From: Chiloscyllium plagiosum
Lineage: Eukaryota
Length of the DNA stretch: 64,000 nt
Reading direction: 5' to 3'
Assembly: GCF_004010195.1 (NCBI RefSeq)
Contig: NC_057720.1
Location: 31,848,831 to 31,912,830, forward strand
The number at the start of each line of letters is the position of its first letter. Position 1 is the first letter of the stretch. Under the pieces are notes generated by a model. It saw only the letters and a program-made list of their open reading frames with translations, was not told the DNA's origin and searched no databases. Below are positions 1 through 12,933 of this stretch, piece by piece. The translations under genes and the position numbers were made by a program.

Positions 1-1611
1 CTTTCTAACATCCCCTCCGTCTTTTCAATGCTGCTTAAAATTGTATGACCAAGCTTTTGATCATTGCTTCTGATATCTTGTTCTGTGTTATACTGTTCTT
101 TGTTTCCTGGAATGCATCATGATAAAGATTTTAAATATCCATGAAACATGAGGTGTATTTGCTCATAAACGGGATGCGTGACAAGGCTGTACTTCATGAA
201 AGAGAACAGTCTTTTGTCTGTTAATATGTTGTTTGCAGAATTGAGGACTGATATACCTCTAGAATTCTTACTGCATTTCATTAGGACCAACAGGAAGAAG
301 GCTGCCATTTTCTGATTGCAAAATTAAAACTGCTTGAACCCGATTGTGGCTGGACTGTTGCTGTTGCCTATTATGCATTGAAATTAGAGTGAATTGTTCC
401 AGCCGAAACAATTTGCATTTGAGGCTCTTGTCATCACGCTCCATGGGGCCATTCTAATGCCTTTGTAACTATAAGTTGTAAAGCTTATTTTGTTCAGCTG
501 GTAGATTTTATCTGAAAGACCACCTTTCAGAGGCCTGTTCTTCATGGTAATTAAAAGTGCAAAAAACAGCAGATTTCATGTTTTAGCAATTAGCATTATT
601 TTGCTTTGTAACATGAGGCCAAATTAGGCAACATAAGCTCATGCAATTCATACAAAGACTTTACTTACTTCCTTCCAAAAAGCATTTCATTTCCAGATCT
701 GTGAGAAGAATTCAAAGCAGAATGGCTAAATGCTTGATTAACCACTTGAAAACTGTTTCCAGACTTTTTATTGGGCTGTAGAATAGCTTAACTATAAGCT
801 TGCTTTCTATAAATGTTCCTCTTCTGTGTTATTTTAATTAATACAACTGATCTGTTATAAAAAAAATGTTCAACACAGCTAGTAAAACTGGTTTTCTGAT
901 GAAGTTACATGTGCATTCCAGGTTACAGTTAAATGATGGATTGTTTTCCTTGAAGTATGTAGCATCCACATAAAGTTTAAGTTTCAGATCATAGATGGGA
1001 TTGTGTGTGAACAAGTCATTTTACATTGATGATATATTTTAAACAAAATAATGGACACTAGTTCAATTCATCACAATTCATCTATCTAGTGTAAATTGAT
1101 TTAACATCACTTGTAAAGTCATGGTTCCATTGGTGTAGAAATCTATAATTGCAATGAAATCATTTTGGTCCCATGCTGCTGAATCTCTATATCCAGCTGC
1201 ATTGCTACTGAGTACCCAGCATAACCTCCACTCTCTCCTCCCCGCTTCGACCACCCTACAAAGTACCTGGGAGCATTGGCGAGTGCACACATTATTTGTG
1301 AAGATTGCTTTGCAAATTGGCTTTTCATTTTATTGGCCAAATTTGCGTGTGATTATCATTTAAAAATATCAGGAAGATCTGGGTAGGATGCTCTTTGGTC
1401 AGTTGATGTTAGCTCATTGGGCCAAATGGCCTACTTTCACACTATAGAGATTCTTTGATCTCAATTGAGTTATATATTCTAAGCTCTTAAAGGTGAATTT
1501 TGGCTTTCAAACTATTTTTGGTGTCTGTGTTTGGAAATCAGGTGACACCAGCTTTGACTGCTTATGAATTATGGTTGTTTTGGGTAAGTATTAAAGAGTG
1601 CCTGAAACCAA

Positions 1612-2150
1612 TAGATTTAGAGGTATAGAGCCATATAGCAGGCAACTGGATCCTTTGGTCCAACTAGCCCACGTTAACCATGTTCCAAAACTGAACTAGT
1701 CCAACTTATCTGTGTTTAGCCCATATCCCTCTCAACCTTTCCTATTTATGTACCTATCCAAATGTCTTTTAATTGTTGTAACTGTCACCCCTTCCTCTGG
1801 CATATTATTCCACACACGAAACACACTCTGTGTAAAAATGTTGCCCATCATGTCCTTTTTATAATATTTTCCTCTCACCTTAAAATTATGCCCCCTAGTT
1901 TTGAATTCCCCCATCCTAGGGAGAAGACTCTTGCTATTCACTTTATCTATGTCCCTCATGATTTTATAAATCTCTGAGGTCAAACTCCTATGCTCCAGAG
2001 AAAAAAGTCCCAGCCTATTTTTATAACTCAAACCCTCCATTCCCAGCAACATCCTGGTAAATCTTCTATGAACCCTCTCCAATTTAATAATATCCTCTCT
2101 ACAGCAGGTCAGCCAGAACTGCACACAGTACTCCAGAAAAGGCCACAAAC
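1612..2150 (-). mobile_element. CR1/HER1-type LINE 3' fragment
   Basis: Minus-strand ORF 1732-2181 has CR1 ORF2 C-terminal motifs (LEYCVQFW, LERVHRRFTRM, TRGHNFK, FTQSVFRVWN), followed by the 3' UTR. Confidence 0.9.
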
Positions 2151-2491
2151 CCTTTTGAGGGTATTTGCTCAAACTCAGCATGCTTCTGTCCTTTTTTTAT
2201 GTTTTATTTTCCCCAAGCGGTCAGCATGACTAGTCTGCATAGGATGGTGGACCAGACTCAATTGTTTATTGGACAGGATGGACATCAAGAAGAATTATGT
2301 CAATTTGTCACTTATTTTCAAACTTTTCTACTTTGCATACTGGTGAGAGTAAACGTGCTGCCATCCTTCAATGTGACCAGCACAGTAGAACAACTTGTAA
2401 TTTTTTTTAGTTGCTTTTGTACTTATAACACCCAAAGTTCATTCTAGACAACCTGTTAACTTCATTAAGCTGAGGGGTACAGTGGTATAGG

Positions 2492-2970
2492 TAAAAACAA
2501 TGACTGCAGATGCTGGAAACCAGATTTTGGATTAGTGGTGCTGGAAGAGCACAGCAGATCAGGCACAAGTCATGGGGACAGTGCTGAGCTGGAAGTTTGG
2601 AACTAGGGTGAGGTGAGGGAAGGGGAAATGAGGGAATTGTTGAAGTCCACATTGATGCCCTGGGGTTGAAGTGTTCAGAGGCGGAAGATGAGGCGATCTT
2701 CCTCCAGGCGTCTGGTGGTGAGGGAGCGGTGGTGAAGGAGGCCCAGGACCTCCATGTCCTCGGCAGAGTGGGAGGGGGAGTTGAAATGTTGGGCCACGGG
2801 GCGGTGTGGTTGATTGGTGCAGGTGTCCCGGAGATGTTCCCTAAAGCGCTCTGCTAGGAGGCGCCCAGTCTCCCCAATGTAGAGGAGACTGCATCGGGAG
2901 CAATGGATACAATAAGTGATATTAGTGGATGTGCAGGTAAAACTTTGATGGATGTGGAAGGCTCCTTTAG
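2492..2970 (-). mobile_element. Penelope-like element 3' fragment: GIY-YIG endonuclease plus partial pLTR
   Basis: Manual minus-strand translation gives FTCTSTNITYCIHCSRCSLLYIGETGRLLAERFREHLRDT...PVAQHFNSPSHS...LEEDRLIFRL*TLQPQGINVDF (one stop). A pLTR-type end lies at 2492-2566. Confidence 0.9.
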
Positions 2971-3019
2971 TGTATGTTGTGAACTCTTGATTGCTCCAAA
3001 TGCATCAACAAATTGTAAC

Positions 3020-3800
3020 TAAGGAATGGTCAGTGTTTTCAAGAAGGCCGATAGGCAAAACAGAAAATATTTGGGGAAGACTTTAAGTTTGCAACAGCTA
3101 AAAAAAATTCTGACTGGCTTTTCAGGCTACCTGTTGTACTGTCAAAGCTGTAGAAAGCCTGGTAGTGGCAATAGAGTGGAGACAACTCTGAAACAAAGCC
3201 AGTTACTGGCTGATTGGATAACCATGGATAAGGAACACATAAGAGAAGGTGGTGGAAGGCCGATGCACAAAGTGGGGAGGTAGTGACACTTGGAGGCAGA
3301 TGAATGGTAACAAAATGACATAATGAAATTGGAAGTCCCAGAAGTGTACAAAGGGGAGCTAACACAAGTCAAAAGCTGTACATTTGCAGTGGAGTTTTGA
3401 TGGGATGAAGAAATATGGTTTTGAACCTGTCTATCTAAGTGGGTGACATATGAAATCAGCTGAAGGTAACCTCTCCGGGACAAAGTAAAGTAAAAATTCA
3501 AAATTAGAAGATACTTATTAAGTATTAGTTTTAAAAATTAATTAACTTACCTTGGCACAAGAAAATCAGAATGACCTCAAGGTGTTTACCTTGAAAATCA
3601 AAGAAATTGCTCCATGGTGCTACCTGATGTACAAAGACTGTTACTACACTGATCATGGAGGTTCTGATACATTGGCCAATCTGAAGAGGACAGGTGTTTA
3701 TCAAGAACTACTGAACAGAAAAGTGATGTAACTTGACTTAATAGCCTTCAAATAATGCTTATATTATTAGTAGCAATGCTATATTATTTACAATCCTGAG
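3020..3800 (+). mobile_element. Heavily decayed CR1-type LINE remnant
   Basis: VFKKADRQ..Y resembles the PLFKKG.R..NY motif; weak downstream similarity only. Confidence 0.4.
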
Positions 3801-4719
3801 AGGTTGCTTTATTATATATTTGAAAAACAATCAGTGGTCTCACGATTCCAAAAGCACTAAGCCTGTGGTTGTTGCAATGCAGTGTGACGAGTTGAGAACA
3901 ATGGGGCAGTGTCTAAAGTGCCTTGACAGCTCCAAACTGCAGCCTCCGTTCTCCCAGGAGCTCACTTCACCAAAGACTCATAATTGTAGCAGGAACCAGC
4001 AAATCCAATTACTCAAATTTACTTTTGTAACCTGAAATTGCTATCTGTTACTTCAGAATGAAATACAACTAACCAACAGAAATCCATTCCTCAAAAAATA
4101 TGTCTATAAATTTTATCAGGTTGGTCTTACAAATCAACGATAAGCAGGATTAATGCTGGCTGAAAATGCCACTATGACTCGCATGAAAACATGAAAATGA
4201 GCTGGAATCAGTGCTGGTGAGCTGCATTCAGGCAGTAGTAAATGTTTGGAGGCAGCCAAAATCTAACAAGTGGCTTTAAATTAGAGAGGGTGATTAGGTG
4301 GAGAGGAGCAATGAGCCTACAAAGTGGAAACACTTGAAATTGGGTGTTCCAGGACAATAAAATTCCACGTAACTCAGTTGAAAATAATCTCTTTTTATCT
4401 AAAGAACCGATGTTCTGTTCAGTACAGATCATGGGAAACAAATACACAACAGAAATATCTACTCCAGCCACATGCCATTGTCCCAATGAGCAATTAGTGC
4501 TCCATTATGCTTATCCATAGCCCTGATGATCTTTTGAATGAGCTATTTAAGATTACTCTGTATAATGTACAAAGTACATACATTACTTATTGTTCATTTA
4601 TTATTCAGTATTAATTGGATTTGTACAGGTCTGACTAGGGGCTAATTTGCTTTGAAGGTTAAGAGAAATACAGTTAACTATATTGAGATCCAGTTGGTCA
4701 GGGAATTTTAACATATAAC

Positions 4720-4994
4720 GGGGTGAGTGGGGAAATATATAAAAGGAGACTTAAGGGGCAACGTTTTCACGTAGTGGGTGATACATGTATGGAATGAGCT
4801 GCCAGAGGAAGTGGTGGAGGCCAGTACAATTGCAACATTTAAAAGGTATCTGGATGGGTATCTGAATAGGAAGGGTTTGGAGGGATATGGGCTGGGTGCT
4901 GACAGGTGGGGCTAGATTGGGTTGGGATATCTGGTCGCCATGGACAAGTTGGACCGAAGAGTCTGTTTCCGTGCTGTACATCTCTATGACTCTA
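4720..4994 (+). mobile_element. HER1/CR1 LINE 3' end
   Basis: tggaatgagctgccagaggaagtggtggag ... gtctgtttccgtgctgtacatctctatgactcta tail, shared with several other copies in the window. Confidence 0.9.
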
Positions 4995-5575
4995 CGTCTG
5001 ATTACATGAGCAGGATTCTTAAATTTGTCGTGGTTTCTTAAAGCTGTGTCTGAAGCTCATCATGCTCCCACTGCTGCCAGCGTGTTCAATGAAATTGCTA
5101 AATGGAATCTGCATTGCTGCTCACCATGTTCTATGAGCAATCTTCAATGCAAACCACCTTGTTGTCTGATGTTATTTGCACAATTGCTCACCATGGGGTA
5201 GGCACACCACTATCCTCTTCTAGGGTAAGGATCTGAGGGACTAAGGGACTGCTTGGTCTGATGTGGAAAAGGAAAAGCATAAGTTTCTTTAATGAGAAGA
5301 GGATCCTGTCTGAATGAAATGTGTATAAACAACTATGTACATTGATAGACATTGCTACAGAGACTATGAGGATGATAGGATCGCAAATGAGTAAGACCTA
5401 AGCTGTCCATCTACCTCGGCCATTTGAGACAAACAGTGGAGTGGTGCTCAATGTGCTCTTCAATGTTAACCCTTTCTGAGCCTTGCACCCTATACAACAT
5501 AACATAAGTCTTTCTTCTAGTTAATGCCTAATTTGGGCCATCTTTCATCTAATCATTGATGGCCCTGTTTTTCAG

Positions 5576-5635
5576 ATGTGCGTGGACTATATCAATAGTA
5601 CCCTGACAGTAGAATCGGCCTGTGAAGCATTGCAG
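5576..5635 (+). CDS. BTBD19: Internal coding exon of a BTB/BACK-domain gene, BTBD19-like (MCVDYINSTLTVESACEALQ)
   Basis: 60-nt phase 0-0 exon between a pyrimidine-rich acceptor (ccctgtttttcag) and a consensus donor (CAG|gtaag). The peptide resembles human BTBD19 LCLQFVVKVLDVDLVCEALQ as I recall it. Confidence 0.8.
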
Positions 5636-6947
5636 GTAAGCCCTGAACAGTTTATTTGAGCCACATACATTGTTATAAATTTCCTTTATTGGTTGTCAGT
5701 GGCTGGTGATTAAATTTGTATTTTTATTGACCCGTTTCCTGGTTGTATCTGTGGAAAGATGTAATACCCCTGTAACCTTGGGTAATATGATATTTAGAGA
5801 TTTGAATCCATTTTTAATTAATTTTTCTTGGGCCATTTCCATGTTAGCTGTTGCTTCTCAGCTTTAGCCATGGGAAACCACTCACACAACAGCTCAGGAA
5901 ATAGCTAATATTTTGAGCTGTACCTGCAGAAGCAGGACTGGGTTTTCTACACCCATAATGGAAATACTACAAACCCAAAGCCCTCCTAGGGCAGCCTTGT
6001 TTCCCCCCCACCTCCAACTGTTAGCTGATGGAGAGCAGAAACTGCTGATTTTCTGTTCACTCAGAGTTTGCAATAAGGGCCTTGGACTTAAACTGAGCCA
6101 GGTCTCTTACCCAGTCTCCACTGAGCATTAAAACAGTTTCTATTATTTTTCTTTCTTTTAACAGCTTTCAATTTTTTTAGTGTGTTAATTACATTATTAT
6201 TCCTGCATTTTTATGATCAAATCGTAAATGTTGCTCCAGTTCCTGCTTTAACTTTCTAGTGTTCTCAAATAGCTTTTTTCCCCGAAATTAGATACATCAA
6301 GAAAAATCTTAGAGTTTAAAATTTTGATAAAGGTTATTGACATAGAAGCATTTATACATTGCAATTGCCACCTTGTTCCATTCCCATGGAACTGCTGTTT
6401 TTGTCTGGAATTAAAATGTTGGGTAGTCCAAATAGTTCAGTCCACCTATTAAAATGTTGCAACAGGTTTGGGTGGCTGAAAAACTTCTCTTTTTCATATG
6501 TTCCAAAGTATTCTCCTTGACTGAGGTACTGAAAGGCTGATGGCAGAGATGGAACTGCTCCCCCAGTGAAAAGAAATTGAAGGGAAGTGCTGAAGATACA
6601 ATTTCCTAATAAATGACTGAAAAATAGTAACCTTCAACTGCAAACAGAAAACTCGTTCTCCTTCATATGACATTTCCTCGGTCATTTGTCAAGATGAACT
6701 GTACTTCTTACATAAACGTCCATGATAAATTTCCAAAGGAATATAGGATCAGCAATAGACTATCCAGCTTTGTAGTCCAATTGATGGCTAGTCGTCTACC
6801 GCAGTGCCATTTTCCCAGCTCTTTTTTGGATTCCCTTAATAATCGAGAATCTGTCGATCTCTGTCTTGAACACATCTGAGCTTGCACAGTCTTCCAGCAT
6901 CAGAATTCCAAGCATTCACTCAAGTAAAACAAAGAAATAGGATGGTG

Positions 6948-7023
6948 AAGATCTGAAATAAAAACAGAAATTGCTGGAGAAACTCAGCAGGTCTGGCAGC
7001 ATCTGTGAAGTTGAAAGCAGAGG
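6948..7023 (-). mobile_element. PLE pLTR fragment
   Basis: atctgaaataaaaacagaaattgctggagaaactcagcaggtctggcagcatctgtg matches the ends of the GIY-YIG elements at 39380, 43335 and 48285. Confidence 0.75.
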
Positions 7024-7569
7024 GTCAGGTGCAGAAAATAATAGGTTTTTAAATGGTACTTTTTGAAAGCCAGAAGAAATGTTGGCCCACATGGCCAAAG
7101 TGATGGCCATCTGAGCTTCTGTCTAATTTTTTGGAATTGTCACCAGAATTTCAATTCTTGTGGTGTCTCTGCACTGTTACTCCATGGTTGATTATATGTT
7201 CTGGATGCTGTGCATAACTACAGCACAGAAGCTGAAATTGAATACCTCTCATCTTGTGCACATGTCTACTGGCAAGCAGCGCAGTACAACTGGAAGGTCC
7301 TTGTGGATTGGTATCAATCGTATGGATGGTAGGCTCCTAACTTGACCATCAGGTCTAGAATGCAAGCTTTCAATCAGAATGGCAGGTTCCTGCCCCATCA
7401 TAACCCACCTCCTTTGCTCCTGCGAAATCATGCTGAGCATATCACTATTTGCAATGGCACTAGTCTCTGATTGCAAGCTGTAATGATGAGTAGAGTGGAC
7501 TGTGTAAGAGCAGGACTCAGGACAGCAGGAAGCAGCACTTAGAGGATTGTGAGAGGGGAGACCCAGCAG

Positions 7570-8440
7570 CAGGTCCCTGTAACAGGCAGGGAGCAGCGCG
7601 TCAGGAAGCGGTGAGAGGAGGGCCCTGAAACAGGCAGGCTGCAGCACCTATGGGAGCAGGTGAGAGGAGAGCCCTGAAACAGGCAGGCAGCAGGACCTAT
7701 GGGAGCAGATGTGGGGAGGGCCCTGAAACAGGCAGACAGCAGCACCTATGGGAGCAGGTGAGAGGAGAGCCCTGAAACAGACAGACAGCAGCACCTATAG
7801 GAGCAGGTGAGAGGAGGGTCTTGAAACAGGCAGGTAGCAGCACCTATGCGAGCAGGTGAGAGGAATGCCCTGAAACAGGCAGGCAGCACCTATGGGAGCA
7901 GGTGAGAGGAGAGCTGAAACAGGCAGGCAGCAGCACCTATGGGAGCAGGTGTGGGGAGGGCCCTGAAACAGGCAGGCAGCAGCACCAATGGGAGCAGGTG
8001 TGGTGGTGGGCCCTGAAACAGGCAGGCAGCAGCACCAATGGGAGCAGGTGTGGGGAGAGCCCTGAAACAGGCAGGCAGCAGCACCTATGGGAGCAGGTGT
8101 GATGGTGGGCCCTGAAACAGGCAGACGGCAGCACCTATGGGAGCAGGTGAGAGGAGAGCCCTGAAACAGGCAGGCAGCAGCACCTAGGGGAGCAGGTGAG
8201 AGGAGGGCCCTGAAACAGGCAGACAACGGCACCCTAGGGGAGCAGGTGAGAGGAGGGCCCTGAAACAGGCAGACAGCAGCACCTATGGGAGCACGTGTGG
8301 GGAGGACCCTGAAACAGACAGGCAGGCAGGCAGCAGCACTGAAGGGAGCAATGGGAGGGAGTTCCTGAAACAGTCAGACAGCAGCACCTATGGGAGCAAG
8401 TGAGAGGAGAGCCCTGAAACAGGCAAGCAGCAGCACCTAA
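7570..8440. repeat. ~49-bp GC-rich minisatellite, about 17-18 copies
   Basis: Unit gagcaggtgagaggagagccctgaaacaggcaggcagcagcacctatgg; ctgaaac recurs at about 7624, 7673, 7722, 7771, 7820, 7869, 7913, 7962, 8012, 8061, 8111, 8160, 8209, 8259, 8308, 8364 and 8413. Confidence 0.97.
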
Positions 8441-8566
8441 GAGAAAATGAGGACTGCAGATGCTGGAGATCAGACTGTGGTGCTGGAAAAGCACAGCGGG
8501 TCAGGCAGCATCCGAGAATCAGGAGAATCGATATTTCGGGCGTAAGCCCTTCATCAGAAATGTGGG
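8441..8566 (-). mobile_element. Solo PLE pLTR with hammerhead core, inserted in the minisatellite
   Basis: The minus strand reads CTGATGA AGGGC TTAC GCCC GAAA TATC. Flanks are gcaccta/gtaccta, and one more degenerate repeat unit follows. Confidence 0.8.
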
Positions 8567-8671
8567 GTACCTAGACGAGCATGTGAGAGGAGGGTTCTGA
8601 GACAGCAGTGTGAAAGAAAAACTAACCTCACAGAAAAACAATCAGTTGATTGGCTGGTGAGTAAATTTTTT

Positions 8672-8905
8672 TTAGATTAGATTAGATTACTTAGATTAGA
8701 TTAGATTACTTACAGTGTAGAAACAGGCCCTTCGGCCCAACAAGTCCATACCGCCCCGCCGAAGCGCAACCCACCCATACCCCTACATTTACCCTTACCT
8801 AACACTACGGGCAATTCAGCATGGCCAATTCACCTGACCTGCACATCACCCGGGTCTCTGGCGCTGTGAGGCAGCAGTGCTAACCACTGTGCCACCGTGC
8901 CGCCC
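8672..8905 (-). mobile_element. HE1-type tRNA-derived SINE, internally deleted, with (TCTAA)n tail
   Basis: Minus-strand head gggcggcacggtggcacagtggttagcactgctgcctcacagcgcc; LINE-like tail ggccgaagggcctgtttctacactgtaagtaatctaatct. Confidence 0.9.
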
Positions 8906-10164
8906 ACACTTTTTAGGGAGTGTGTAAATAATTGGAGGTCAGAAAACACAAGCTGTCAAATATTTTTATTTTATTTTACATTCTAAAGGTCTACACTATG
9001 TAGCTAATTCAAAAAGTGGTGGTAAGGAAAGGGGCTAAATAATTTTTGAAAAATGTTGACAGTTAGTTATATATAATCAGCAAATAATTAAATAATTAAT
9101 TAGCACACACCAAAGGTGTCAGGGCAGGTGATTGCTAGGACCTTCCAGGCACCAACTTCTGTGCACCATATTTAAAAGGCACTCGTGAGCACTTCACTCT
9201 CTGCATCGCAGGAGCATCACTCAACCTCTGGTTATCAGTTTCATCCACCACTGGAGCCCTCAAAGCCCAGGAAAGAAAACAGTGTCATGTTTTAGCAAGG
9301 CCTCCCTAGAGCTTCCCCTAAGGGCTGTTGAGGGAGAAGAAAAGTAATTTTCCCTTTGAGTGACAATAATGAACCATCTTGAGTGATGCAGGAAGCTTGG
9401 ACAGAGTTGGAAAGAATTGTGAGGTAGCACTGTAATGTGCTATTGTAGAAAACCTTCACATCTAGGATTGGATGCCAGGCGTCTCCATGTTCAGTTTGAA
9501 TGGGAGAGATATGGGTCCATAATTAGTGTGTTAACCCAAGTAAAGGTAGCTATCAGGACATTAAGGCAAACTTGGCTGTGGTGAACTGGGAAACTAAATA
9601 AAAAGTTAGGATAATACTGTTGCAGTGGTAGACAGTGGACCAAATTACCTACTCCTGCTTCAAGGTATTTGTTTATGAGGTGTGGTTGCCCTCTTTGCCT
9701 CTGCCACTTGAGGACTAAATGGAATTTCTGGGACTGAAAGAGAAAGCAGAGGGACAAGAGTTAGTATTTACTGGCATGAGACAGCAGACAGATGGCTGGC
9801 TTCTGAAGGCAGTGGCAATTTGTCATGCATCATATGGAAGGATGACATTTAAGTGAGAAAGGAAGGAAAGATGGTTTAAATTCCTGCAATATTTTTTCTG
9901 CTGTGATCTTGACAGCAGTCATGCTGCTGAGACCTGTCTCCCCTGCACATTTGTCCATCAACTACTCATCGAGCATAATTTACTTCACTCTTTCATGGAA
10001 TATGGGTATCGTTGACAAAACCTGCATTTGTTGCTAATTCCCTTATTATTCTTGAACTGAGTTGCTTAAAGGCTATTTCAGAGTTCAGTTTAAGCGTCTG
10101 AAGTGATATATAGACCACACTTAGTACAGATGGCTATTTTTTCTTTCCAAAAGGACATTACTGA

Positions 10165-12795
10165 ACTGTGTAGCCTTGAGGAGGAGTTGGTTGAGCATAT
10201 CCGTGATAGTTTTCTTGAACAATATGTAATGGAACCAAAAAGGGAACAAGCTATCCTAGATCTGGTCTTGTGTAATGAGACAGGAATAATTAATGACTCT
10301 TGGAAGGAGCGATCACAGTATGGTTTAATTTGTAATACAGATAGAGGGTGAGAAGATAGAATCCAATACCAGGGTCCTGTACTTGAACAAATGGGACTAC
10401 AATAGAATGAAGGAGAACTTGGCTAAAGTAGACTGGAAGCAAAGATTTTATGGTGGGACAATTGACGAGCAGTGGAGAACTTTCAAAGCAATTTTTCAAA
10501 GTGCTCAGCAAAAGTATATCCCAGCGAAAAGGAAGCACTGTAAAGAAAAAGGGGGTAATCTGCTATGGGTGTCTAAGGAAATAAGGGAGGCTATCAAATC
10601 GAAAGAGAAGACATACAAAGTGGCCAATAACAGCATGAAACCAGAAGACTGGAAAAACTTCAAAGCTCAACAGAAAGCCACATAAGAAACGTGAGAAAAA
10701 ACTAGCACAGAATATAAAGAACGATAGCAAAGGTTTCTATAAATATATAAAACTAAAAAGAGTGGCTAAAGTAAATGTTGGCCCTTTAGAGAATGAGAAG
10801 GGGAATTTAGTTATGGGGTATGATGAAATGGCCGAGACATTGAACAGGTATTTTGTATCGGTCTTCACAGTGGAGGACACTAATAACATGCCAGTAATTG
10901 ACAACGAGATGAAGGTAGATGAGGACCTGGAGACAATCATTATTGAGATAGTGTTGGGCAAGCTAATGGAGCTAAAGATTGGTAAGTCTCCTGGCCCTCA
11001 AGGAAGGCATCCCAGAATAGTAAAGGAGATGGCGGTAGAAATAGTAGGTGATAATTTTCCAAAATTTTCTGGACTCAGGGGCAGTCCCAGCAGATTGGAA
11101 TGTGAATGCCATTGTTTAAAAAGGGAGGTAGACAAAAGAAAGAGAATTATAGACTGGTTAGCTCAACATCTGTAGTGGGGAAGATGCTTGAGTCTATTAT
11201 AAAAGAAGAAATAGCAAGGAATCTCAATAGAAATTGTCCCATTGGGCCGATGCAGCATGGGGTCATGCTTGACAAATCTTTTGGAATTCTATGAAGAAAT
11301 TCTGAGCATGGTGAACAATGGGGACCCAGTGGATGTAGTATATCTGGATTTCCAAAAGGCCTTTGACAAGGTGCCACTCATGAGGCTGCTGCATAAGATA
11401 AGGATGCATGGCATTAGGGGTAAAGTGTTAGCATGGATTGAGGATTGGTTGACTAACAGGAAGCAAAGAGTGACTAGTGTTGTGCCTCAGGGATTGGTGT
11501 TGGGACCGCATTTATTCACAATTTATGTAGCTGATTTGGATTTGGGGGCCATGTGTAGAGTATCAAAGTTTGCAGGTGGCACTAAGATGAATGGCAGAGT
11601 AAAGTGTACACAGGACTGTGAAACTTTGCAGGGGAACATAGATACATTGAGTGAGTGGGCAAATGTCTGGCAGATAGAATAAAATGTAAATAAATGTGAA
11701 GTCATACATTTTGGTAGGAATAACAGTAAAAAGGATTACCACTTGAATGGTAAAATGTTGCAGCATGCTGCTATGCAGAGGGACCTGGTTATCTTTGTGC
11801 ATGAATCATAGAAGGTTGGTCTGCAGGTACAACAAGTAATGAGGAAGGCAAATGGAATTTTGTCCTTCATTGCTAAAGGGATTGTGTTTAAAAGTAGGGA
11901 GGTCATGTTGCAGCAGTACAAGGTGCTGGTACTTAGAGTACTGTATGCAGTTTTGGTTTTCTTACTTGAGAAAGGATGTACTGGCAGTGGAGGGGATGCA
12001 GAGGGGTTTCACGAGGTTGATTCTGGAGTTGATGGAGTTGGCTTATGAGGAGAGACTGAGTAGATTGGGATTACACTCATTGGAATTCAGAAGATTGAGG
12101 GGGGAGTTTATAGAAACATATAAAATTATGAAGGGAATAGATAAAATAGAAAAGTAGAGAGGATGTTTTCACTGGCAGGTGAAGCTAGGACAAGAGAGCA
12201 CAGCCTCAAGATTAGAGGAGGCAGATTTATGATTGAATAGAGAAGGAACTTCTTCACCCCGAGGGTTGTTAATCTATGGAACTCCTTGCCCAGTGAAGTA
12301 GTTGATGCTACTTCAGTAAATGTTTTTAAAGCTGAGGTTTTTTTTAAGATTTAGATTACTTACAGTGTAGAAACAGGCCCTTTGGCCCAATAAGTACACA
12401 CCGACCCTCCGAACAGCAACCCACCCAGACCCATTCCCCTACATTTACCCCTTCACCTAACACTGCGGGCAATTTAGCATGGCCAATTCACCTAATCTGC
12501 ACACTTTTGGACTGTGGGAGGAAACCCACACAGACACGGGGAGAATGTGCAAATTCCACACAGGCAGTTGCTTGAGGTGGGAATTGAACTCGGGTCTCTG
12601 GTGCTGTGGGGCAGCAGTGCTAACCACTGTGCCACCGTGCCGCCCATAACAATAAAGAAATTAAGGGATATGGTGAGAGTGCGGGTAAGTGGATCTGAGG
12701 CCATGAAAAGATCAGCCATGATCTTATTGAATGGTGGAGCAGGCTCAAAAGGCCAAACGGCCTATTCCTGCTCCTACTTCGTATGTTCTTATGAG
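10165..12795 (+). mobile_element. 5'-truncated CR1-type LINE (ORF2 from endonuclease C-terminus through RT to 3' UTR), inactive
   Basis: Frameshifted ORFs contain AILDLVL, KSPGPQGRHPR, PLFKKG..NYR.VS.TS, VDVVYLDFQKAFDKVP and VPQG.VLGP.LF. The catalytic FADD reads FAGG. Confidence 0.95.
12346..12645 (-). mobile_element. Full-length HE1-type SINE nested in the CR1 LINE 3' region
   Basis: A box (ggtggcacagtgg), B box (gagttcaattcc) and LINE-derived tail; the host LINE resumes at 12646. Confidence 0.92.
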
Positions 12796-12933
12796 TGAGT
12801 TCTTAAGACAGTCAATGATGGTTTCGTGTTTGCCATTACTGAGACAAGTGTCTACCTGATTACAAAGCAAGATCTTCTCCCGCTGCGCTTACATAAACTT
12901 CTGGAACTAGAGGCTACAAGAAAGCTCTGACAG

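Noticed and set aside
7570..8440. CRISPR-like array
   Set aside because: Units are contiguous with no unique spacers, there are no cas genes and the DNA is vertebrate.
7249..8494. Many overlapping Cys/Pro-rich ORFs
   Set aside because: They are translations of the stop-poor 49-bp minisatellite; the period is not a multiple of 3 and no splice context supports them.
10103..12157. Intact reverse transcriptase gene
   Set aside because: Multiple frameshifts and stops, and the catalytic DD is replaced by GG; this is a dead CR1 copy.
12560..12645. tRNA genes at SINE heads (also ~8850, 42900, 46530, 33531)
   Set aside because: A and B boxes continue into SINE bodies; there is no complete cloverleaf with acceptor stem.
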